Assembly: GCF_964213995.1 (NCBI RefSeq)
Contig: NC_135814.1
Span: 57,846,001-57,910,000 of the forward strand
DNA: 64,000 nt
Reading direction: 5' to 3'
Source of the DNA: Mustelus asterias
Taxonomy: Eukaryota
The notes under the pieces were generated by a model, which saw nothing but the letters and a program-made list of their open reading frames with translations, was not told the DNA's origin and made no database searches. Both the position numbers and the translations under genes were made by a program. Below, one piece after another: positions 13,901-26,223 of the stretch (positions within the stretch are counted from its first letter, which is position 1; every line of letters begins with the position of its first letter).

Positions 13901-16900
13901 TTGTCTGATATAAAATCCTTCCAGCAAATCACATTCGACGTTGGCGCTTTAATGCATTACGAGGTTTTAATTAATCTCCATCATTAGAACTAATTTAAGG
14001 AGGATTGTGTGTAACATTTCTCCCATAAACAGCTTATAACTAGGTTATTAAACATTAAAGCACCGTTAGGAGACTAATCAGTCAGTTCTCTTTCTAGTTG
14101 CTATTAATATTACCTTCCCTTTACTTAAACTAGGCTCTGCGTGAGTTGAGAGTACCCTCATGATAACTGTGTTTGATATTGCAATCTTCCCCACTGCATA
14201 CCAGGACACTTTATAGTTCAAAGATTTCATAGCTGTTAATTCTCGTGTGTCTGCAGTCGTAATATTTTATGAGGGTATTTTTGGCATACTAGGGGTCTTA
14301 TGATACAGGTTTACAGACTTATAATTTTATTTGAGTACATTGAAAGGAACATTTATGGTACATCATGGAGGACCGCTTCGTGCAATTATATTGTTTTGTT
14401 TACTTGGCATGCGACTGGTACAGTGTAAACTTAATACGATAACCCGCTATCATTGTGTTGTTAATAAACATATTGATACAATCAACACTATGCTAGTTCG
14501 TAGATAAGTAATAAATGTAGGTAGGAATATTAAAGTGGCTTTTTAAATGTAACAAATTTCCTGCACAGCAATTTATACCCGATAAACATATGCATAAGTG
14601 TAAATACACTGCGGTAATGCTTTCTTTTGCAATATTCCGGTAACGAATGCTGTTTCTCTTTATCCAACCCCATTCACTGTGACTAATAAATGGCGGCGTA
14701 AGTCACGGCTACTGAGCAACGAATTGACTCGTGTTGAGTGAAAAACAAATTCTTCTTGATAAAAACACGTTTGAGCTAAGCATTGCCTATTCCAACATCT
14801 AGGATTTCGCCTTTTGAGGATTATTTAACTTTGAGATAGCAATTTGTATATAAATAGCAGTTTTGTACTGTGCAGGCCTCACGGCGCAGAGAATTCTCTC
14901 GTTCAAGGCTGCAAGTATCTGTGGTCTGAAAATAGAGCGGCATTGGTTCTTATCTGCCCTACTACCAAAGTCACAGCCGCTAGGTTTTTTGCTTTTGATC
15001 GCTTGCAAGAAAAGTCACCGTCGGTTTGGCTTTGTTTGTCATGGATTTGAATATTGATTATAATATGGCGAAGCGTTGTGGGCTGGCAGCATATTGTTGG
15101 CTCCCGTTCAACAATTCACTGTTTCTTATAAACAAACTACTGAGGTCAGTATATTGCTTGGAAAAATTCTTGAAGTGTCGTATTATTCCAGATATACTTC
15201 CACATATAGTCGTGCTATCTACGTGTGTTTAATGAATAGTATCCAGTGTCAATAGTAAAACAGCGGTGGCGATTTGTATTTTATTTTACTAGGATATTAA
15301 TTGCATTCAGGGTTAGGCAGTGTAAGCATTGAGCTTTTCGGCTGTTGTAGAAATTTGACGGAGGAAATAATAAAGAAGTCAGGAATAGAAGGTGGCATCA
15401 ATCTTATTTCTGTATTTTGCACATATTCACTCATGTTGCACATAAATACGTCCACGATTTTCCAAGCGCCAGAGTAAAGCAATCTTTTGTCTTTGAACTG
15501 CTAGTTTTGCCCTTGCCTGGAAGACCAGTTTTACATTAAGGCACATCTATTCCCATTTTTAATTAAGACAAGGCGCCGAATAAATTAATTTGAACTTTAT
15601 CAATAATGTATGATGTTCTCAATTGGGTGCATTATTTGCCATGTCATATTGCTCGTCTTTCAGAACGTTTTTAAGACTTGGAGAAATGATTTTACACTAA
15701 AAGGACATAGTTTATGAAACAAATTCTAGCGCCTTTTGTAAGCCCTTTGCTAAATCGGGGTTGGCTGTTAAGGACAGGATTGTGATACATTTTGTAGAAC
15801 TGTAAACCTCTCGGACCCAGATGTGTGTATTGCCTAACACATATACTTACTGGACTGGCAGAGATAGGCTACGCAGCATCGAAGTTATGTTCTGGATTCG
15901 AATCACTATAAGCACGAATCAAATGCAATCTTAAAACGCAGGGACGCCTTGGAGCAGATTGTAAAGATTTGGACCACAAACTCAATCAAGTCAGAAACAG
16001 TGATGTGAAAAAAACAGCCACAAGTTATCTGCGAAAAGAATTGTATTTCTTAATAACTTACACGCAAGTATTTAGAGCTGCTCTAATGTTTTGTCCCTTT
16101 TCAATATTTGTAGAATTTTAGACATTTGGTACAATACTAAAATTCACACAATCCGAAAACACTCTGAAGATTACAATTACATTTCCAAATAAATAGAAAA
16201 ATGAGGACACCGTGGCAGCCTTGACCCTGACACTGTCCCCGTCTTGCGAAGTGGAAAATCTCGATGGCGTTGTGTGAATGTCACTTTGCTCCTCCATAGC
16301 TGATGCCTGTCGTTCTTTGGATTTTGTTGAACCCTCAAGGGTTCGCCCTGTGACCGGACGTGGGCAAGTGCTGTTAAGTGGCACATTTTCTCCATGTAGG
16401 AAGTTCCAAAGATGGACTGCGAACGGAGGCAACACAAAAAAAAACTCCACCAACCCAGCTGAATCCCGTGAACAAGCGGCGCGGGCTGTGCAGTGGAAAG
16501 CAGACAGACTAGCTCTGTGTCTTTTCCCTTGTTTACCGGCTATGGAGTGCGGATGCATTTCCGGCCTATTTTGTGGAGTGGTTCTATTGATGATCAACAG
16601 CGAAGCCACCCACCTGCAGCAGGGAGATGTGTGTGAATTCCAAAGTTAAAGTGGAATTTTTGGGATAGGGTAATCCACTCTGAACTCGAATAATACTTAT
16701 TAAATTAAAATGAAACACAAAATAATGGCAAGAATCGCAAAATGCGTCTTTTTCTTACACAGGGTCTGAACCGTGGAGGGTGTCTGTGCAAATATTCGGA
16801 TAAAACGACATTATCGAAGTGTGCGTTATCAACATCAGTATGTTTGTACTCCAACTACAGTAATGGAAAGGACAGAACGGGAGGAAGCTTACAATCATTT

Positions 16901-17594
16901 CAATTTGAACACTGTTATGGCGGCTCTTAGGGTCAATTTTACTCACGAAGATTGGTTTTATTATGCATTAAAATACTTTGGCATACTTGCAGCTAAAGAG
17001 AGTGTACATCAACCAAATAACAGCAAGAACGTATCAAATGAATGCTGATAAGTCTGCAATATTTTCATGCCATTCGTTGATTTTACAAAATGTTTGGCTT
17101 ATAGCAAAACAAAATGCATAATCCAGCAAGTTATGCAGATAATAGGCATAATGTGTAGAATGCACACAATGAAATGCCCCGGCTGCTCCGGACTCCCTGA
17201 AACTATAAAGACATTCAGACCATAAACCTGCACTGCACTCATTTCATTTCGCCGACATTTTCCATCAATAACTCCGTTTTTACTTCCCTGTGGTAGGGAA
17301 TTGCAGCGATTTTCTTTAATTCCTATTCGATTCATTTATTTTGTGTTTTATCAAACAAAGAGCAGGTTGTGTTTTACAAACAGAATGCTAATTTTTTCTG
17401 ACTGATAGCTGGGATGAGATGATACAGTCTGTAGTATGGATATGATGTGAGCTTTGAGCCGGCCTCTATGTGGGGATCAGGATGAGCTGGAGCGGGCGCC
17501 ACTTTGGAATTGCAGTTGTAGGTGTCGCTGTTGTCCACAGTTAAGCTCAAATTCAACCGACTGTGGATCATGTGATGTGCGGGGAGGTAGTGCT

Positions 17595-17731
17595 TCAAGG
17601 CCATTTTCAAATTCCATTGGCTCAGTAGTCATGTGGTTGTACAGAGGCATCCACAATTACACAGGGAATGTTTTGTTAGAGATGTCAGCTTACAAAGGAC
17701 ATCATCTGCCTTCTTCAAATTACTCTCCAAA
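17595..17731 (+). promoter_or_regulatory. HoxD10 proximal promoter / 5' UTR
   Basis: CCATTGG (17614), GTCATGTGG (17628) and CAATTACACAGGGAATGTTTTGTTAGAGATGTCAGC, a Hox10-type upstream block directly before the ATG. Confidence 0.7.
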
Positions 17732-18470
17732 ATGTCCTGTCCCAGCAGCTCTCCCGCTACTAACTCGTTTTTAGTAGATTCCCTGATTAGTGCTTGTAGG
17801 GGTGACGGGTTCTATTCAACCAGCTCCATGTACATGCCATCGAGCACGGATATGGGAACTTACGGAATGCAGACCTGTGGACTGCTCCCGACCATGACTA
17901 AACGAGGAGAGGTTAGCCATCAAAATATGAGCATCAGCGTTCATCCGTATTTATCTCAGGTGGATGGCTGGGCTGACCCTTCGAGACCATGCCGAATTGA
18001 ACAACCTGTTACTCCACAGATGCCCACGTGCTCCTTTCCTGCTAGCATAAAGGAAGAAAACACTTGCTGCATGTATAATTCTGATAAACGGGCAAAACTC
18101 ACTCCCACCGCAATTCCCGCCTATCCCAGGTTGGTCTCGGAAAACTGTTCCATTGAAAGTCCTGAGATTCCCATTCCGGGATATTTCAGACTCTGTCAGG
18201 CTTATCCATTGGAGAAAAGCCTGGACTACAATCACGCTGGGGAAATTAGCGCCAATGTAATGCCGCAGTCAAGCCTAGGGCTTATCAGTAAACTCCAGGT
18301 ATCCAGCCAGTCTTCAATGGAGAGGAAAATAAACGAGAAGCCAAGCGCACAGGAGCCCATTAAGGGAATATATGTGGAACCTCCAGAGCCAAAACCGAGG
18401 TTAGTGGAGGTCAGTGCAACCGCTGAGGAAGCCGAATCTAGCTCGGAACTATCGGACAATGAGACGAAAG
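17732..18470 (+). CDS. HoxD10: HoxD10 exon 1
   Basis: [29 protein letters not shown]...CRIEQPVT...[13 protein letters not shown] (HoxD10-type); phase-1 donor G|GTGAGC at 18471. Confidence 0.94.
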
Positions 18471-19645
18471 GTGAGCATTTAAAAGATTTAATATGAACAT
18501 GGCAGCGTCGTAAAGCGGATACAAAAACTTGCATAGCCAGTACGTAACTTTACCATGGTAATATGTTTGGCAAGTTCTGTGTGTTTCTGATCGCCAAGTC
18601 TGCATAAGTTTGAATAAAAGGACAATTTCCTTTTATCACAACGAGTTGTTGGAAAATGTGCCCAACAATTCCATGAAATTGTTAATGACGTAGTAAAGGC
18701 CAGCAAATCATTTACAGATGTCAGTATAACAGTGATAGTTTCATCTTGGCGTTGGCGAGCCCTAAGATACGGTATGAAACGTTTGGTGCCATACACGACA
18801 TGCAGTATATTAAAAGCAACTGCGTATATATTTAGCAGCACGCCACAGGCTCAGAGATTGTGAAATAAAAGCGTTATGTGCATCATTTGTTGACTTGGAG
18901 ATAGTGAGTGGGAAATTCTTGGTCTACAGTTAGAATTGTAGCTTTCCCTTGAACAGTTTGTTAGATATATAAGGTATACTATACGCAGAGATAAAAGTTC
19001 CATTCGAAGAATGTGAAATACTACCAGCACATACAGTACATACTCGCACATAAATTCCAATTAACCTGCTCGATAGGAGGCAGCGGTAGTATGTTTAATA
19101 GCCTAAGATTTACCTCCGAAATTATTATCATGGCCACATACGTTTATATTGTCAGGATTTCACAATCTGTAAATTTAGGTTATGAAGTTGAAAAACGACC
19201 TATTGGTGAAACTCCTATTGCAACCCACAGCGTTAGATTCCATTCACAAGTAATGGCATTGCCTACTAATCATCCAATGTTAACAAATTGTCTGTTTTCA
19301 GTGCATCTTCAATCGGCCTGGCATATATTTTACAATTCACCAAGAAACCTGTCCCAAAATGTGCATTACAATAAATGGTGTATGGTATAACATCACTTGT
19401 CAATTTCCTAAAGCATATTTTTAGCTCCCTTGATCTATTCACCGATTTTCTCTTTAAATCGCATCAATTTATGTGTCTATTTGTTGGACGATTTGACAAA
19501 ATGTAAAGAGCGTATCGCTGCGGTCTGTGTGTAACTTGAAGTGGCAATTTTGCGTATAACCGCTCTGGCTGAAACTGATTTGAAGTTCAGTTGTCGTAGG
19601 GACATGTTTGCTAAAATCTCATCTCTCATTTCTTACTTCTGATAG

Positions 19646-19917
19646 AAGAGCTGAAAACCCCGATAAGCAACTGGCTCACAGCAAAGAGTGGAAGAAAGAA
19701 GAGGTGTCCTTATACAAAATATCAAACACTGGAATTGGAGAAAGAGTTTTTATTTAATATGTATCTGACTCGTGAGCGCCGTCTAGAGATAAGTAAGAGC
19801 GTGAATCTGACCGACAGGCAAGTCAAGATCTGGTTTCAAAATCGTAGGATGAAGCTGAAGAAAATGAACAGAGAAACCCGAATTCGAGAACTGACCACTA
19901 ACCTCACTTTCTCATGA
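19646..19917 (+). CDS. HoxD10: HoxD10 exon 2 (homeobox)
   Basis: Acceptor ttctgatag|. Encodes [89 protein letters not shown]. Spliced protein is 336 aa. Confidence 0.96.
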
Positions 19918-20475
19918 GCGGGGGATACGGATTCCACCGTGATCCAACACCTTTGATACTGTGGCGGTTTAGTGGGGACCTTGGGACCCTGCAGTTTGTC
20001 CACTCTGGGATATTGTTATTATTCTGATTTGACCATTTTAGTGTTATGGTTGTTTGAAAGTACAAATTAGCACGTTTACGTTAACAAGAATATTTTCTAA
20101 GAAATTGTCCTATCTAGTGCGGGGCAAATTATTTACTTTGTTTAGGAAGTAGGTCTTCAGTAATTTTACACGCTACAGCTATTCGGGCAAGCGTACTGTA
20201 CACCAGAACATCACCTCTTACAAAACCACTACATTCAGGAAAAAAATGCCATTTATTTAGCAATTGCAAATCAGATGTGACAATACTATGAGCAATCGCA
20301 TTAGAAACGTACGATTTGAATTTATTACAGAGATGCTCTTAAACAGTGGCCCATATAGAGTACAGTGTTAAAATAATCAGATCTATAGAAGAAGTTCTTA
20401 GGTACATTTTGGAGTATGTGATGCATCGTGATGCAAATTTTCATGTCTATTTATATGCATGTGTCTGTTGCACGT

Positions 20476-20518
20476 ATATATATAAATATAAATATAAATA
20501 TATAAATATAAATATAAA
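20476..20518. repeat. (ATATAA)n microsatellite
   Basis: About 6-7 tandem TATAAA units downstream of the HoxD10 stop codon. Confidence 0.8.
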
Positions 20519-20949
20519 CGATAAATCCTAAATTAGATATCAACTTCTTCAATCTGGGAACCATTCGCCAAACGGCCGTAGGCAAAATTGATAGGTTACT
20601 CGTGGGCAGTTCAAGTAAGGTGATTTAACAACGGCAAACATAAACTTCTCACAATACTTTAAAGGTTGAAAATCAACTAATGTAATGTAGAGATAAATTC
20701 GAATTCCTTCCCTCATACTTCAGTACATTACGTTCCCCGTAACATTAAACCGACCAGCGCTAAATGGTTAAACGAGTGAAAGCAAAGGGAAAGAATAAAG
20801 AGGACAGTGGCGTACAGTTTGATACAAGTCACAAAACTTAATAACCTCCCCATTTATTTATCAAATCATTATTCATTGCGTTAGTTTGTTTCTAGTTTTT
20901 TTTTGGGGGGGGGGAACTGGCCTCAGAAACAAGTACATATTTCTTTATC

Positions 20950-21135
20950 GAAAAGCAAAATACAACGGACGCTGGGCATCTGGAATAAAGCAGAAAATGC
21001 TGGAAATATTCCGTCTGCCAGGCAACCTCTGCGGAGAGAGAAACAGTTAAACCTTCAAGTCGATCGATCTGTTTCCTTCTCCACGGATGTTGCCTGACCT
21101 GTTGAGTTTTTCCAGCATTTTCTCTTTTTGTTACA
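20950..21135. mobile_element. Palindromic (MITE-like) interspersed repeat
   Basis: Nested inverted arms: AGAAAATGCTGGAAA (20992) / TTTCCAGCATTTTCT (about 21109) and GGCAACCTCTGCGGAGAGAGAAACAG (21021) / CTGTTTCCTTCTCCACGGATGTTGCC (21069). Resembles a common shark repeat (recalled). Confidence 0.75.
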
Positions 21136-24100
21136 TATTTATTTATGCTTTGTCTCTTTGGAGTTGTTGCTTGTCTCTATAGGAAGCTAAGTTTACCTTG
21201 TGTTTATTAGCGTAAATCTTCGACCAGTGGGAAATATCTAAATTAACAATTGGAAATTATAATTTAAACGTTAAGGTGTGCGGTAGAAATACATAAGGAA
21301 ATAGTAATTCTGCTTTATGAACGAAAAAAAGTTCACGGTTCGGTACTTGATTATTTATTTATTTGGGTTTGATCTTAACTAGGATATCAAAACTACTGTT
21401 CTTATTGCGTCCTTGGCGTTAATAAACAGAAGCAACGCATCGAAGACTAGTTATTCTGACATGGTCAATGCAAATAGTGTTTGTTAAGCTCACGTGTTAT
21501 TATGATCCGGTACGAAACGCTGAGAATATGTGGTTGCAGTGAGGGCTGAATTCAGTGCTCCCTTCTTTTAGGATGCACAGCTGTATCTTGTAAATGTCAC
21601 TCGTGGCAATAAAAAAAGGGAAATAATTTTAGTAACATGATGAGGTCTTTGATATTTTTAGCAGACAAAGTGACGAATTACACATAGTTTCGTATTATTT
21701 CTGCAGGGGTATTAATAGTGTGGAATTCCTTAATCTAAGTTTAATAAATGCAAACAAAATCTATTTATAGCGCCATAAGCATAGAGTGGACCCAAAAGAA
21801 CGGCTGGTTAATGGCTTATTTGAATGCATTATTATTAATGGAGAAGGTTGATTTCAATTCATAAACCGTTTCAAGAGGCAAATTGACATTTTGTATTTGC
21901 AGATGCAAGTCTTTTTGAAATCTACCGAGCTGCTAGTCTTTGTCGTCTAAGTATATGAAATAACCTAAATAAGAGCAGACAAAATGTATGGATATGATAG
22001 TGACAAAACACTGGACATTTACTGTGGATCAAAATTGCTAAAATCCTTCGAATACAGCTTAGTGTCACAAACATTATATGGTCGTTAAATTAAACAACGT
22101 GGCGGCGCGTTTACAAGACTTTACACAGGTGGATAGACCTGAAAGATTTAAAATGACAGAGTGTGCAAGCTCATTGAGAAAACGCATCGAAAAATGAAAC
22201 CAAATTAAACGCAAGCCATCAGCTCAATCAAGTCCAAGTTTGAAATAAAGGATTGTTTTTCCACAATGCAAAACACAAATCTTGCAGCGATTGTTTACCA
22301 TAATATTTGTTTCGAATTACAATCCCACGAATACCAAATATAAATTATTTTGTCTTGATTAAGCCACAGAAGCATAGACTCTCCCCAATTCGTTTTAACA
22401 ACTGTCGTTGTATATACAAAAGAGAAAATTAATTAAATAAAAGTCAATTAATCGGGTTAAAGTTACTACCGAATGGAATTAGTTACTTATCTTTGATAAT
22501 AATTGCATTCAAAATAATGATTTCCCTCACATAATTTTGTAAATGCTCAAAATATTCGAAAGTACTGTTTTGTTTCTGCATTACTACAGGGAATTCACAA
22601 AGAAAATAATCCTTTACATTAATGTACTATTCATCCGACGTTTAAATTGCAAACGCGTTCTCGAAGTTAATGTGTTGAGGGACGGGGGCAGCGGTTGCTA
22701 GTTAATCTTAACCATTTTTAATTCTGTAACAAAAACTAAGTATTACTTGAACTGGTGTAAAATGGCAGCCAACGAATGAGCTTTCCGGCGGCATTTCCTT
22801 ATATGAAATGCAGTAAACATTATAAACCTGAAAGTTGCAAAAAATTGATTTATTTAAGCTTTATTTAAATAATCGTAAAGGGAAATGTGCTCTTTGGTTT
22901 AGCTGGAGGAATCGCAGCGCAAACTGCAGCGTAAATTTCATTCCTTATCCTTAAAGTAATTCATAACGAAGAAAGAAGCATTTTCCATTTGTAAATGACA
23001 TTGCACAACAGCAAGGAAGGTGCCCCTATTCTTTCAATTTAGCCAAAACTGGCATCTTGCGAAAACTACTCACTTAAATCTGTGTGGGTTGCCTGCTGTC
23101 TAAATTCCGGAAGATTATTATTTGCATCATCTTAAATCGGGATGAATTGCTTTTGGCAAAATGGAATTTAAAGTTATCCCTTTGACTATGACAAGTTATT
23201 CCAGTAAAGTGACTTCAACGCGTAATAAATAACATAGGACGGTTCATATTGCCGTAAAGTCGACTTGAACACTCACTGACGTGCCTTATCCTCTGGCTTT
23301 GCTGATCTTTAGATTTTGACCATTCACCACTGTATATTAAGCCGATTTCCTTCTCGTTTATATTGCCGAGATGACAAATAATAAAGTATCTGCTCATCAA
23401 TAAATAAGAAAAATGAGCTGATAAGAATGGAGTATTTTTTAATAAGTTGTGTATTCTGAAACGTCCGTGAGGTGCACTCAATGACTGTAATCTAGTCATG
23501 GTGAATGCCAAGATTACTGCAGTTACTGACCATTCAAAAGAAAAAAAAAGTTCAATGTGAAAAAGAAAGAAGAGTCAAACTAAAAATGCTTAGATTTTTT
23601 TAAAATGTCGAACTAAACTTATTCCTTTCATCACAAACGAGGTTTTGTCTGATTGGTGTCATGGTGGACGGTCACAGAGTGTGTCATCTGAAGAAACACG
23701 CCGTTTCTCTGCAGCTGTTTAATGGTTAGCATCTCTTAAAACTCGGGACCAACTCAAACTTCTCGATCTTTACCCTTAGACTCACTGCAATTCCTTCATG
23801 GTATTGACTAGCGAGGGCATTGAGACACGGCATTGGAGCTGGCCGATGAGTTGGTGTTCCAATCAGCCGGTACATTCCTCTCTTTTGTACACCCTGGTAC
23901 ACTGAATCGCTGTTAACAGGCGATGAGAGAGAAACATATTTATTGGCTAGAGTACTTGCACCTATGTGGGAACCTTTTGGCGCCCAGTTTTGGTTAGGCA
24001 TACTTTACTATGCCAAAAGAGGCCTGTTTTATTAAAGACACATTAATGTATAATCAAATGCACCTCATAAAAATTTTATTGATAGACATAAAAGCATTTA

Positions 24101-24628
24101 TGGTGGCTTCTGAGTACAGACTATAAAGGGGCGACGAAGCCTTTACTTCAAATGCAGTGATATTTGAAACAAGTTAAAATATTAGCCGAAGAACATTGGA
24201 AGAGTGGGAAAGAAACTCTGCAAGTTCTTGTATTCCGGATTTGAAAAAAAAGTAGCTCGAACCCTTGGTTTTACAACATCTCGTTTACTCCTTTTTATGG
24301 GAGAGACCCAGTCAATGGTCTGTAAAAGCTCTTCTCTAAACAAGAGAATATACAATATAAAAACACCGACGTACCTCGAAGGTGTTTTCTTGCCGCTTTA
24401 TTGCACTAAGCTAACAGATATTTGCTCTTGACATAGATCATGGACTACGCACTACTGATTATGAAATGAGTGACAGACATTAATTAGCTTACAGGGAAAA
24501 TAGTCCCCTGCTTCTCCAGCCGCTGTTTTAACCGCATTTGGAGAGGTTGTTCCTTTGGCTCCAGCAGAAGGACTCCAGCGATCCTGATCAAGTGATTTTG
24601 CTTTGCCCATTGCTAATACGTTTTTAAA

Positions 24629-24634
<6 letters not shown>

Positions 24635-24668
<34 letters not shown>
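24635..24668. repeat. (AT)n microsatellite
   Basis: About 17 perfect AT units, about 50 bp upstream of the HoxD9 promoter block. Confidence 0.9.
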
Positions 24669-24670
<2 letters not shown>

Positions 24671-24709
24671 CATTAAAAGCTGGGCCAGGCCCAGTTGTGG
24701 TCAGATAGA

Positions 24710-24810
24710 TGAGCGGATTGATTTACTCGCTGTATTGGTAAATACAATCACGTGAGCCCCGCAACCAATAGCTGCAACTGTAGTCGGCAAAATACTATGA
24801 TTGTTCTGAG
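24710..24810 (+). promoter_or_regulatory. HoxD9 proximal promoter
   Basis: TGATTTAC (Pbx/Hox-type, 24719), ATTGG (24734), TCACGTGA E-box (24748) and CCAAT (24765): the conserved Hox9 upstream block. Confidence 0.75.
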
Positions 24811-24869
24811 TGAAGGTATCAGATACACGTTCCAGTGTAACCTTTTCTATGAAAGCGAGAGAGCCTAAA

Positions 24870-25425
24870 ATGTCGACCGGTGGCACTATACAGAACTATT
24901 ATGTTGATTCTTTGATAGGTCAGGAGACAGAAGACTTATACGCGGCCAGATATGCTCAAGGATCACACAGCACTGTTTCAAGGCCGCCAGGTGTAGCAGA
25001 CAGTTCAGATTTCTCTTCCTGCAGTTTTACCCCCAAGTCAGCCGCATTTTCCAATCCCTGGTCTCCCGTCCATCCTCAGCCCTCTGCCGCCGTTGCAGGA
25101 ATCTATCACCCGTACATGCATCAGTCGCATCTTGCGGCTGGGGACAGCAGATACGTGCGCTCCTGGTTAGAACCACTTTCCAGCTCAGTCCCTTTCCCCG
25201 GATTCCATCCCAACGGCCGACATTACGGGATCAAGCCAGAAACTTTATCAGCCAAGAGGACTGAGTGTTCTTCCTTTGAGCTGCAAACTCTCAGCCTGCC
25301 AGAATTTACGTGCGGCTCCTACCCAGAGTGTAGGGAGAAGGTTCCCAAGGAGATTGGCTGCAGCAGCTCCGAGACGGCGAGCAACAGTGAGCACAAGGAG
25401 GGGAAACAACAGCAACTTGACCCAA
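24870..25425 (+). CDS. HoxD9: HoxD9 exon 1
   Basis: MSTGGTIQNYYVDSLIG...DFSSCSFTPKS...RYVRSWLEP...GRHYGIKPE; phase-1 donor A|GTAAGT at 25426. Confidence 0.94.
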
Positions 25426-25981
25426 GTAAGTGCAAAAATTGCAGCTTGATTTACAACCCGAACCTGTAGACCCGAGTGTGCAAAGCTGATGGTTTTACAA
25501 ACCTATAAAGATGTCTAGACGCCTCCCCAAGTCTGAAAACGCACAGGCAGCAGTAAAGAGTTTATATTGTTACAGGGAATTTTTACACACAAATGTATGT
25601 CTGACAAGACTGTAAAACGTTGATGTATTCCTTCTCGTTCCATCGTGTAGCACCATCGGAAAGTCGGAGGTGGAATAGCTTTTTTCTAATTTAAACATTT
25701 TTATCTGCAGTTTTTCCATTCTATTTTTCTCCCAATTTTGTAACAACCGATTTCAAAACAAATCCAAACAAACTGAAATCAATCGCTCTCTCAGCTCCTT
25801 AATATATGAAACCTCCCTGAACTTGACAAGTACCCAGTGGGAAAAGAGAACTGCAACTTTGATTCATATTGTCATGATTGTGGAAATTCTCGAAGATTTT
25901 TGAAATCCAGCGGAAGATATCCAGGAGATGTTCAGATTTTAATTCTTGTTTTTTTTACCCCCCCCCCCCCATTCCTTCTAG

Positions 25982-26223
25982 ATCACCCAGCTATAAACTG
26001 GATCCACGCTCGCTCTACCAGGAAGAAACGTTGTCCTTACACCAAGTACCAGACGCTTGAATTGGAAAAGGAGTTTTTATTTAATATGTATCTTACCAGA
26101 GACCGGCGTTATGAAGTTGCTAGAATTTTAAATCTTACCGAGAGACAGGTAAAGATTTGGTTTCAGAACAGAAGAATGAAAATGAAAAAGATGAACAAGG
26201 TGAAAAATAACGAAGAGCCTTAA
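25982..26223 (+). CDS. HoxD9: HoxD9 exon 2 (homeobox)
   Basis: Acceptor ttccttctag|. Encodes (N)[79 protein letters not shown]. Spliced protein is 265 aa. Confidence 0.96.

Noticed and set aside
16118-16649. Overlapping 163-aa (-) and 123-aa (+) ORFs upstream of HoxD10
   Set aside because: No recognisable domain or splice structure; locally higher GC explains the lack of stop codons.
17633-17731. ORF-track N-terminal extensions of D10, D9 (24810), D8 (32530) and D5 (43957)
   Set aside because: They begin at GTG/TTG within promoter or UTR sequence; the conserved N-termini start at the downstream ATGs.
20575-20655. Possible decayed miR-196 hairpin between HoxD10 and HoxD9
   Set aside because: Only vague resemblance (TAGG...TGGG, AACAACGGCAAAC); no mature-sequence match and no convincing stem.
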